From the NCBI GenBank assembly GCA_041180425.1, contig JBEGRN010000001.1, positions 1 through 27,503 of the forward strand: a stretch of DNA of 27,503 bases, written 5' to 3'. Under the pieces are notes generated by a model, which was given only the letters and a program-made list of their open reading frames with translations, made no database searches and had not been told where the DNA came from. The stretch comes from Verrucomicrobiota bacterium. GTDB taxonomy: Bacteria; Verrucomicrobiota; Verrucomicrobiia; Opitutales; UBA953. Every line of letters starts with the position of its first letter. The stretch's first letter is position 1. Position numbers and translations under genes: made by a program. This document shows positions 8,502 to 16,154 of the stretch, in pieces.

Positions 8502-8529
8502 ATCAAGGGCCACCCAGCCGTGAAGTCAA
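8502..8529 (-). promoter_or_regulatory. Putative promoter of the KS-ACP operon
   Basis: On the minus strand: TTGACT-16 nt-CTTGAT, 15 nt before the ATG. It is divergent from the mcsA promoter. Confidence 0.4.
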
Positions 8530-8547
8530 ACCCGCCCCCGCTTGCCC

Positions 8548-8575
8548 TTGCCAAGCGGGGTTCCCTCGTTTTGCT
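8548..8575 (+). promoter_or_regulatory. Putative promoter TTGCCA-N16-TTTGCT upstream of mcsA
   Basis: TTGCCA(8548-8553)-16 nt-TTTGCT(8570-8575)-9 nt-ATG. Confidence 0.5.
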
Positions 8576-8584
8576 CATATTTCG

Positions 8585-9067
8585 ATGTCCAACCCGCTCA
8601 AGTGCTCCGTCTGCGACGCCGTCGCGACCGTCCACCTGACCCAGATCGTCCAGGGTAAGGTGACGAAGGTCGACTTCTGCGAAGCCTGCGCGGCCAAGGG
8701 CGGGGCGGGGGATGCCGCCGTCTTCAAACTGGCCGACGCGGTCAATGCCGCTACCCCGGCCCCGGCCATCACGTGCCCGCAGTGCGGCTTCACGGACGTC
8801 GAATTCCGCCGCCGTGGCCGCTTGGGCTGTCCAGCCTGCTGGCAGGTCTTCGGCGTCGCCCTCGGCGGCTTGCTCAACAAGGTGCAGCATGAAGCCCATC
8901 ACGTGGGGCGCGCGCCCGCCGGCACGTTGCCGGTCGGTCAACTGCGCCAGCGTCTGCTGGAGGCCCAACAAGAGATGACCGCCGCCATCGCCGCGGAAGA
9001 TTACGAGACCGCCGCCCAGCTGCGCGACGAGGTCGCCCGCATCGCCGCCCAACTCGACACCCTCTAA
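8585..9067 (+). CDS. mcsA: McsA, activator of the protein arginine kinase (UvrB/UvrC motif protein)
   Basis: Four CxxC motifs (CSVC, CEAC, CPQC, CPAC), 'GRLGC', 'HVGRAP' and a C-terminal UVR motif 'EDYETAAQLRDEV'. Adjacent to mcsB. Confidence 0.9.
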   Translation: MSNPLKCSVCDAVATVHLTQIVQGKVTKVDFCEACAAKGGAGDAAVFKLADAVNAATPAPAITCPQCGFTDVEFRRRGRLGCPACWQVFGVALGGLLNKVQHEAHHVGRAPAGTLPVGQLRQRLLEAQQEMTAAIAAEDYETAAQLRDEVARIAAQLDTL

Positions 9068-9071
9068 ACCT

Positions 9072-10145
9072 ATGTCCGTCCAGGAAATCCTCGCCGACGA
9101 GAACGAACTCACGCACCTGCTGGGCGCCCAGCAGGCCGTGGTGCTCAGCACGCGCGTGCGCCTCGCCCGCAACCTCGACGGCTTTCCCTTCCCCGGTTGG
9201 GCCAAGCCCGCGCACCGCAAGGAGATCGCCGAGCGCTGCATCGACGCCCTGACCAAGCTCCCGCGCTTCCGCAAGTCGCACGTCTTCAAGATGGGCGACT
9301 TGCCCGACCTCGAACGCGCCGTGCTCGTCGAGCGCCACTTGGTCTCGAAGGAGCTCGCCGCGGGCAAGAGCGGCGCGGCCGTCATCAGCCGCGACCAGAC
9401 CTGCTCCGTCATGGTCAATGAAGAGGACCATCTCCGCGTCCAGGTCGTCAAGGCGGGTTGGCACCTGCGCGGGACCTGGAACATCGCGGAACAGCTCGAC
9501 GACGCCCTCGGGGCCTCGCTCGGCCTCGCGTTCTCGGATCAACTGGGCTTCCTGACCGCCTGCCCCACGAACGTCGGCACGGGCTTGCGGGCTTCGGCGA
9601 TGGTGCACCTACCGGGGCTCTGCCTCGCGGGCCACATGGAGAAGGTCACGCGCGCGCTCAGCCAAGATGGCTTGGCGGTCCGCGGCTGGCTGGGCGAAGG
9701 GACCGAAGCCGCCGGCAACGTCTTCCAGATTTCCAATCAGCAGACCCTCGGCCTGTCCGAGGACGCCATTCTCCGCCACCTCGGCGGTTGGGTGAAGACC
9801 TTGGTCGACCAGGAATGGAACGCCCGCCGCAAGCTTGCGCAGGAAGAAGGGGAGCGTTTCGTCGACCGCATCGCGCGTTCGCTGGGCCTGCTTCGGCATG
9901 CGCGCCTGCTGACCAGCGCGGAGTCGATGAACATGCTGTCGCACCTGCGCCTCGGCTGCGACATGGGTTGCCTGCCTGAGGAGCGCCGCCACGTCGTCGA
10001 CCGCCTCATGATCGAAGGCCAACCGGCCCACGTGCAGGCTCGCCAAGGCGCCGAACTGGACAGCGACGGGCGCGACAGCCGCCGTGCGTCCGCAGTCCGC
10101 GAAGCGCTCAGAGATTTCCCGGAAGTCGGTCCGCCGACGGCCTAA
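9072..10145 (+). CDS. mcsB: McsB, protein arginine kinase (ATP:guanido phosphotransferase)
   Basis: Motifs 'STRVRLARNL', 'LVERHLVS', 'VMVNEEDHLR', 'GFLTACPTNVGTGLRAS', 'VRGWLGEG' and 'FQISNQQTLG'. Confidence 0.93.
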   Translation: MSVQEILADENELTHLLGAQQAVVLSTRVRLARNLDGFPFPGWAKPAHRKEIAERCIDALTKLPRFRKSHVFKMGDLPDLERAVLVERHLVSKELAAGKSGAAVISRDQTCSVMVNEEDHLRVQVVKAGWHLRGTWNIAEQLDDALGASLGLAFSDQLGFLTACPTNVGTGLRASAMVHLPGLCLAGHMEKVTRALSQDGLAVRGWLGEGTEAAGNVFQISNQQTLGLSEDAILRHLGGWVKTLVDQEWNARRKLAQEEGERFVDRIARSLGLLRHARLLTSAESMNMLSHLRLGCDMGCLPEERRHVVDRLMIEGQPAHVQARQGAELDSDGRDSRRASAVREALRDFPEVGPPTA

Positions 10146-10158
10146 GCCGCCGGGCCGG

Positions 10159-10530
10159 TTATTCGTCCGTGGCCGTCGGGTTGGCCGGCTTGTCCTTGCG
10201 CGACATCTCGTCGAGCAAGGCCTGCACGCGGGCCACGCCGCCGGTGACGTCGTCCTCCGCGAGGAGGAGGTCGGGGGCGTTCTTCATCTGCAGGATGCCG
10301 CTGACGGCCGCCCGCAGTTCGCGGCGGATCCGCTTGAGGAACGCGCGCGCCGCCTTCTTTTCCGCGTCGCCGCCGGACACCGCGTAGCCGACCCGCACTT
10401 GGCGGAGGTCGGGCGACACGGTGGCGCGGGTGATCGTGATCAGCGCCGACTCCGTGATCCAATTGCGCCGGAGCGCGACGGAGACCTCGCGCTGGATCAA
10501 TTCGGCTACCCGGAGCTGGCGCTGCGACAT
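10159..10530 (-). CDS. rbfA: 30S ribosome-binding factor RbfA
   Basis: 'RQLRVAELIQREVS', 'ITRATVSPDLRQVRV' and 'MKNAPDL'. Directly downstream of infB. Confidence 0.9.
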   Translation of the reverse strand: MSQRQLRVAELIQREVSVALRRNWITESALITITRATVSPDLRQVRVGYAVSGGDAEKKAARAFLKRIRRELRAAVSGILQMKNAPDLLLAEDDVTGGVARVQALLDEMSRKDKPANPTATDE

Positions 10531-10533
10531 GGC

Positions 10534-12984
10534 TTAGAGGCTGGGGCGGACCGACAGCATCTCGACGACCTCGATGAGGTCGCCCGGCTGGTACTCGTCG
10601 TAACCGCCGAGCTTGATGCCGCATTCGAAGCCGGCCTTGACCTCTGACGCGTCGTCCTTGAAGCGACGCAGCGTCTCGACCGGGCCTTGGTGGATGACCT
10701 GGCCCTTGCGGACGAGGCGCGCCTTGGCTTGGCGACGGACGAGGCCTTCGGTGACCATGCAACCGGCCACCTTGTGCTCCTTGCCCAGCGGGAAGACCGC
10801 GCGGACCTCGGCGCCGCCGAGCTTGTTCTCGCGGACTTCGGGGTCGAGCAGCTCCGCCATGGCTTCCTTCACCAGGGTGATGAGCTCGTAGATGATGTCG
10901 TGCGTCACGATGCGGACGCCCGTGCGCTTGAGGTGGGCCTGGACGCCGTTCTCGACCTTGGTGTCGAAGCCGACGATGATGGACTTCGCCGCTTCGGCCA
11001 ACTGGACGTCGCTCTGCGTGATCGGGCCCACGGAACCGCCGACGATGTCGAGGCGGACCTTGGTCGACTTGATCTCGCGGAGGCAGCCTTCGAGGGCTTC
11101 GAGCGTGCCGTTGACGTCGGCCTTGAGCAGGACGCGGAGGATCTTCTCCTTGTCCTGGGCGAGGGCGGCCATGAGGCGCTCGAGGTCCGACATGCCGGGG
11201 CGGGCACCCGTGTTCGGGGCCTGCTGCTGGGCTTCGGCGGCCTTGCGGGCGGCGAGGGCGGCCTCTTCGGCCTGCTCGCGGGCTTCGCGGTCGTTCTTCA
11301 CCGTCTGGAACTTCGTGCCCGGAGCCGGGACGGCGTCCCAGCCGAGGACGAGGGCCGGGGTGCCCGGCGCGGAATTCTGGAGACGGCCACCGCGTTCGTC
11401 CATGAGCGCGCGGACCTTGCACCACGTTTCGCCGCAGACGAACGAGTCGCCGGCCTTGAGCGTGCCCTTCTGGACGATGACGGTCGCGGTCGGGCCGCGG
11501 CCGGTCTCCATCTGGGATTCGATGACGACGCCTTGGGCGGCGCACTTCGGGTTGGCCTTGAGGTCGAGGATTTCGGCCTGGAGGAGGATCGACTCGAGGA
11601 GCTCGTTCATGCCCGTGCCCTTGAGCGCGGAGACGGCGTTGGTGATGGTTTCACCGCCCCAATCTTCGGGGGTGATGCCGCGCTGCTGCATCTGCTGCTT
11701 CACGCGGTCCACGTTGGCGCCCTTGGCGTCCACCTTGTTCACGGCGCAGACGATGGCGCTGGCGTGCTTCTGGGCGAACTTGAGGGCCTCTTCGGTCTGC
11801 GGCATGAAGCCGTCGTCCGCCGCCACCACGAGGACGGCGATGTCGGTGACGGAGGCGCCGCGTTCGCGCATCTTGGCGAAGGCCGCGTGGCCCGGGGTAT
11901 CGAGGAAGGTGACGGTGCGGCCCTTGTACTCGGGCTTCTCGCCCTGGTACTTGACGGAGTAAGCGCCGATGTGCTGGGTGATGCCGCCGGCTTCGCCGGA
12001 CACCACGTTGGTCTTGCGGAAGTAGTCGAGGAGGGTGGTCTTGCCGTGGTCGACGTGGCCGAGCACGCAGACGACGGGCGGACGGACCGCGAGGAGGGCG
12101 GGATCGTCGTCGGTGTTCTTCTCGACCTTCTTGACGGGCTGGGCGCCTTCGCCGCGGTGGCGGATCTCGAGGACGAAGCCATGCTTCTCCGCGACCTTGC
12201 GGGCGTCGGCTTCCTCGATGACGGAGGTGATGCTGACGACCTTGTTCAGCTCCATCAGGCTACCGATGACCTGGAAAGGCTTGAGGTTGAGGGCGATCGC
12301 GAAGTCGCGCACCACGATGGGCGGACGGATGGTGACGCTGCCCTTGCTGCCAGGGGCGACCTGACCAGCGCCACCGACGGTGCGGGTGACGACCGGGGCG
12401 GCCGGCGGGCGGACGATCGGGGGCACGGGGCCCGGACGGCTCGGGGGAGCCGGCGGCTGCGACGGCGTGATGACGATCGGGGGCAGTTCGTTGCGCGGAG
12501 CGGCCGGCGGCGCGACGGGACGCGGCGGCACGACGGGCGCGGGGCCCGCAGCCGGACGCGCGGGCGCGATCGGGGCAGGGCGGGGCGGCAGGACGGCCGG
12601 AGGGACGTTGGGCTTGGGCGCGGCAGGAGCCACGGGGGCGGCGGGGGCCGCTGGCTTGACGGCCTCGACGACGGGCTTGGCGGGGGCCGCCGGAGCGACG
12701 GCGGGCGCCGGCGCCGGGGTCGGCGCAGGCTCTTCCTTCTTCGGCAGCTTATCCGCCGCGAACTTCATGAAGTCGTCGCGGTAGAACTTGCTGAAGTTGC
12801 TGGAGGCGGCCGGCTTCTTGCCTTCGGCGTAGACGAGTTCCTTGAAGTCCGGGTGGGCCTCCACGAACTGGTCCGCCAAGGCGAGCAATGCCTTGACCTC
12901 GAGGCCGAGTTCCTTGGCCACGTCGCTGTAACGCTGGGTGGTCGAGGCTTTCTTCGCTTCGGGTTTCTTCTTCTTCTCGGTCAT
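10534..12984 (-). CDS. infB: Translation initiation factor IF-2
   Basis: G-domain 'RPPVVCVLGHVDHGKTTLLD', 'EAGGITQHIGAY', 'FLDTPGHAAF' and 'NKVD'. C-terminal 'LRRFKDDASEVKAGFECGI'. Long Pro/Ala-rich N-terminal linker. Confidence 0.97.
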   Translation of the reverse strand: MTEKKKKPEAKKASTTQRYSDVAKELGLEVKALLALADQFVEAHPDFKELVYAEGKKPAASSNFSKFYRDDFMKFAADKLPKKEEPAPTPAPAPAVAPAAPAKPVVEAVKPAAPAAPVAPAAPKPNVPPAVLPPRPAPIAPARPAAGPAPVVPPRPVAPPAAPRNELPPIVITPSQPPAPPSRPGPVPPIVRPPAAPVVTRTVGGAGQVAPGSKGSVTIRPPIVVRDFAIALNLKPFQVIGSLMELNKVVSITSVIEEADARKVAEKHGFVLEIRHRGEGAQPVKKVEKNTDDDPALLAVRPPVVCVLGHVDHGKTTLLDYFRKTNVVSGEAGGITQHIGAYSVKYQGEKPEYKGRTVTFLDTPGHAAFAKMRERGASVTDIAVLVVAADDGFMPQTEEALKFAQKHASAIVCAVNKVDAKGANVDRVKQQMQQRGITPEDWGGETITNAVSALKGTGMNELLESILLQAEILDLKANPKCAAQGVVIESQMETGRGPTATVIVQKGTLKAGDSFVCGETWCKVRALMDERGGRLQNSAPGTPALVLGWDAVPAPGTKFQTVKNDREAREQAEEAALAARKAAEAQQQAPNTGARPGMSDLERLMAALAQDKEKILRVLLKADVNGTLEALEGCLREIKSTKVRLDIVGGSVGPITQSDVQLAEAAKSIIVGFDTKVENGVQAHLKRTGVRIVTHDIIYELITLVKEAMAELLDPEVRENKLGGAEVRAVFPLGKEHKVAGCMVTEGLVRRQAKARLVRKGQVIHQGPVETLRRFKDDASEVKAGFECGIKLGGYDEYQPGDLIEVVEMLSVRPSL

Positions 12985-13029
12985 GAGCAGGTGCTGGGTG
13001 GACGGTAGAGGGGGAGGACGGGGACGGAC

Positions 13030-14286
13030 TTAGGCCTGGCCGGCGTTCTTGGCCTTGGCGACGGCAGCGAGGACGGTGTTGAATTCGTCTTCGGTGATCG
13101 ACGTGCCAGCCAGGTCGTCCGCGGTCACGTCGCTGAAAGCGGCGAGCTCGGCGATGCCGATGCCGACGAACTTGGCGATGAGGTCAGGCGAAAGCTGGAG
13201 CTGGGCGGCGAGGCGCAGGGCCTTTTCGCCGAGCTGGGCGTCCACGCTTTCCGGCACGCGCGTCGACTTCGTGATGTCGAGGCGCCAGCCCATGAGCTTG
13301 GAGGTGAGGCGCGCGTTGCGGCCCTTGGAGCCGATGGCGATGCGCATGTCGTCCTCGTCCACTTCGAAGTGGATGAGGCGGTTGCGTTCGTCGACGTGCA
13401 CGTTGCGGGGCTTGGCCGGGCGGATGGCTTCCTCCAGCAGCTGCAGGGGCTCGGGGCGCCAGCGGATGATGTCGATCTTCTCGCCGTTGAGTTCCTTGAC
13501 GATGTTGCGGACGCGGGCGCCACGGGCGCCGACGCAGGCGCCGACGGGGTCGACCTTGGGGTCGGAGGAGTCGACGGCGATCTTGGTGCGGTAGCCCGGG
13601 TCGCGCGCCATGGCGGCGATCTTCACAGTCTTGTCGGCGATTTCGGCGACTTCGAGCTCCAGCAGGCGGCGGACGAAGTTCGGGTGGGCGCGGGACAGCA
13701 CGAACTCGCGGCCACGCTGGGTGTCTTCGCGGATCTCGAGCAGGAGGCAGCGGATGCGGTCGCCGGTGCGGAAGATCTCGCCCTGGCAGCTTTCGGCGCG
13801 GGTCAGGACGGCTTCGGCGGAGCCGAGCTCGACCACGACGTTGCCGCGGTCCAGGCGGCGGACGGTGCCGGTGACGATGTCGCCGATCTTGTCCTTATAC
13901 TCCTTGAAGACCTGGTCCTTCTCGATCTTGCGGAAGCGCTGGTTGAGGAGCTGCTTGGTGCTCATGGCCGCGATGCGGCCGAGGTCCGAGACGGCGATGG
14001 CGCGGCGGACTTCTTCGCCGATCTTGGCGTCGGCCTTGAGGGCGGTCGCGGCGACCGGGTTGATTTCCTTGAGGGGGTCGGACGGGGAGTCGCTGACGAT
14101 GTAGACGGCGAAGGCGTCGAGCTTGCCGGTGGCCGGGTCGGCGATGACCTCGATGTTCTGGCCGGCGAGGACGGACTTCTCGACGGAAGACTTGATGGCT
14201 TCGGCGATGAGCGCGCAGGCTTCATCCTTGGGGATGTTCTTTTCCTTTTCGAGGTATTGCAGGTAGGGCTTGATGTCTACGCTCAT
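13030..14286 (-). CDS. nusA: Transcription termination/antitermination factor NusA
   Basis: 'GRIAAMSTKQ', S1 domain 'GDIVTGTVRR', 'LSRAHP', KH motifs 'ARDPGYRTKIAV' and 'DPVGACVGARGARV', and 'AIGSKGRNARLTSKLMGWRLDI'. Confidence 0.96.
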   Translation of the reverse strand: MSVDIKPYLQYLEKEKNIPKDEACALIAEAIKSSVEKSVLAGQNIEVIADPATGKLDAFAVYIVSDSPSDPLKEINPVAATALKADAKIGEEVRRAIAVSDLGRIAAMSTKQLLNQRFRKIEKDQVFKEYKDKIGDIVTGTVRRLDRGNVVVELGSAEAVLTRAESCQGEIFRTGDRIRCLLLEIREDTQRGREFVLSRAHPNFVRRLLELEVAEIADKTVKIAAMARDPGYRTKIAVDSSDPKVDPVGACVGARGARVRNIVKELNGEKIDIIRWRPEPLQLLEEAIRPAKPRNVHVDERNRLIHFEVDEDDMRIAIGSKGRNARLTSKLMGWRLDITKSTRVPESVDAQLGEKALRLAAQLQLSPDLIAKFVGIGIAELAAFSDVTADDLAGTSITEDEFNTVLAAVAKAKNAGQA

Positions 14287-14321
14287 GGGTATGCGGGTGG
14301 TGTGGTGAGAAAATGGGCGAC

Positions 14322-14350
14322 AAAAAAGGCGGGTCCGGCTGGACCCACCT
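14322..14350 (-). terminator. Terminator-like hairpin in the nusA 5' leader (putative attenuator)
   Basis: On the minus strand: AGGTGGGTCC-AGCC-GGACCCGCCT followed by TTTTT. It lies between the promoter and the nusA ATG. Confidence 0.7.
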
Positions 14351-14374
14351 TATGGAAAGGTGACTAGGCTTCCA

Positions 14375-14403
14375 GATATGCCCTTCCTAATAGAGGCTGT
14401 CAA
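14375..14403 (-). promoter_or_regulatory. Promoter of the nusA-infB-rbfA operon
   Basis: On the minus strand: a consensus TTGACA, 17 nt, then CATATC. Confidence 0.65.
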
Positions 14404-14441
14404 GGCGGGACGCCTAGCCGGGCCGTGGGGGTGGGTTCCGC

Positions 14442-14469
14442 TTGCCCCCGGGGGTTCTTCGGCAAACCT
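14442..14469 (+). promoter_or_regulatory. Putative promoter of ettA (near-leaderless)
   Basis: TTGCCC-16 nt-AAACCT-8 nt-ATG. Confidence 0.45.
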
Positions 14470-14477
14470 CCACCTCC

Positions 14478-16154
14478 ATGGCCGACGAAAAGGTGATTTT
14501 TACCATGACGGGGGTGACCAAGCACTTCGAGAAGAAGCCGGTCTTCCGCGACATCTCCCTGTCCTATTTCTTCGGGGCCAAGATCGGCGTCCTCGGCCTC
14601 AATGGCTCGGGTAAGTCGACTTTGCTCAAGATCATGGCCGGCGAGGACAAGGAGTTCGACGGCGAAATCAGCGCGGTCCCCGGCTATACCTTGGGCTACC
14701 TCGCCCAGGAGCCGCGCCTCGATGAGGCCAAGACGGTCTCCGAATGCGTGAAGGAAGCGGTGTCCGAGATGAAGGCGCTGCTGGAAGAATACGACGACAC
14801 CTTCGTGAAGGTGTCCGAAACCGACGACCCCAAGGAGCAGGAGAAGATCCTCGCCCGCCAAGGGGAGATCCAGTCCATCCTCGACGCCCGTGGCGGCTGG
14901 GACCTCGACGCCCGCATCGAGATGGCTCTCGACGCCCTGCGCTGCCCGGCCCCCGATGCGGTGGTCTCGACCTTGTCCGGCGGCGAGAAGCGTCGCGTGG
15001 CCCTGTGCCGCCTGCTCCTGATGGAGCCGGACATCCTCCTGCTCGACGAGCCGACCAACCACCTCGACGCCGATACGGTCGCCTGGTTGGAGCGCCACCT
15101 GCAGAACTACAAGGGGACGGTCATCGCGATCACGCACGACCGCTACTTCCTCGATAATGTCGCGGGCTGGATTCTCGAGCTCGACCGCGGCCGCGGGGTG
15201 CCGTGGAAAGGCAATTACTCTTCTTGGCTCGAACAGAAGCAGAAGCGCATCGAGGCCGAGGAAAAGCAATCCATCGCCCGCTCCCGCTCGATGGAGCGCG
15301 AACGCGAGTGGGCCGGGTCCTCGCCCAAGGCCCGCGTGGCCAAGAACAAGGCCCGCCTCCGCGCCTACGAGCAGATGCTGTCGCAGGACCAGGCGCAGAC
15401 CGAGAGCAAGGCTGAGATCTGGATCCCGCCGGGCCCGCGCCTCGGCGGCGCCGTCATCGAAGCCCGCGGCCTGATGAAGGCCTACGGCGACCGCGTCCTG
15501 ATGGAGGACGTCGACTTCTCCCTGCCGGCCGGCGGCATCGTTGGCATCATCGGCCCGAACGGCGCCGGTAAGACGACGTTGTTCCGCATGATCACCGGCC
15601 AAGAGAAGCCTGACAAGGGCACCTTGACCTTAGGCGAAACGGTGAAGATCGCCCACGTCGACCAGTCGCGTGATTCGCTGCCGGCCGACAAGGCTCTTTG
15701 GGAAGCCATCTCCGATGGGCAGGACATGGTGCACCTCGGCAAGGTCATCGTCCCCGCCCGCGCATATGCGGCCCGCTTCGGCTTCACCGGCGACGTGCAG
15801 CAGCGCAAGGTCGGCCTGATGTCGGGCGGCGAACGCAACCGCATCCACCTCGCCCGCCTGATCAAGGCCGGCGCCAACGTCCTCCTGCTCGACGAGCCGA
15901 CGAACGACTTGGACGTGAACACCATCCGCGCGTTGGAAGACGCGCTCGAATCGTTCGCCGGTTGCGCCGTCGTCATTTCCCACGACCGCTGGTTCCTCGA
16001 CCGCGTGGCGACGCACATCCTGGCCTTCGAAGACGACGGCAAGCTCGTCTGGCATGAAGGCAACTACGGCGACTACCTCGAGGCGCGCCGCCGTCGTCTG
16101 GGCGAAGACTCCGATACGCCGCGCCGGCCGAAGTACCGCCGGCTTACGCGCTGA
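14478..16154 (+). CDS. ettA: Energy-dependent translational throttle protein EttA (ABC-F)
   Basis: Two ABC domains (GLNGSGKST/LSGGE/LLLDEP and GPNGAGKTT/MSGGE/LLLDEP), 'DISLSYFFGAKIGVLG', an inter-domain linker 'SPKARVAKNKARL' and a C-terminal 'KYRRLTR'. 558 aa. Confidence 0.95.
   Translation: MADEKVIFTMTGVTKHFEKKPVFRDISLSYFFGAKIGVLGLNGSGKSTLLKIMAGEDKEFDGEISAVPGYTLGYLAQEPRLDEAKTVSECVKEAVSEMKALLEEYDDTFVKVSETDDPKEQEKILARQGEIQSILDARGGWDLDARIEMALDALRCPAPDAVVSTLSGGEKRRVALCRLLLMEPDILLLDEPTNHLDADTVAWLERHLQNYKGTVIAITHDRYFLDNVAGWILELDRGRGVPWKGNYSSWLEQKQKRIEAEEKQSIARSRSMEREREWAGSSPKARVAKNKARLRAYEQMLSQDQAQTESKAEIWIPPGPRLGGAVIEARGLMKAYGDRVLMEDVDFSLPAGGIVGIIGPNGAGKTTLFRMITGQEKPDKGTLTLGETVKIAHVDQSRDSLPADKALWEAISDGQDMVHLGKVIVPARAYAARFGFTGDVQQRKVGLMSGGERNRIHLARLIKAGANVLLLDEPTNDLDVNTIRALEDALESFAGCAVVISHDRWFLDRVATHILAFEDDGKLVWHEGNYGDYLEARRRRLGEDSDTPRRPKYRRLTR

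Noticed and set aside
12380-12784. Gly/Ala-rich repeat-like ORFs on the plus strand
   Set aside because: They are the reverse complement of the IF-2 Pro/Ala linker, not a separate gene or DNA repeat.
10687-13008. 773-aa plus-strand ORF, and similar long ORFs at 643-1878(-), 2917-4713(-), 5637-6851(+), 7476-8639(+), 13369-14367(+), 14400-15602(-), 16054-17613(+), 19138-21096(+), 22214-23734(+) and 24293-25795(+)
   Set aside because: These are antisense shadows of well-supported genes. High GC and codon bias remove stops on the opposite strand, and the translations show no recognisable motifs.
14353-14374. Second hairpin (TGGAAG/CTTTCCA) in the nusA leader as an antiterminator
   Set aside because: Its 5' arm lies between the -10 box and the likely start site, so it is probably not transcribed in full.
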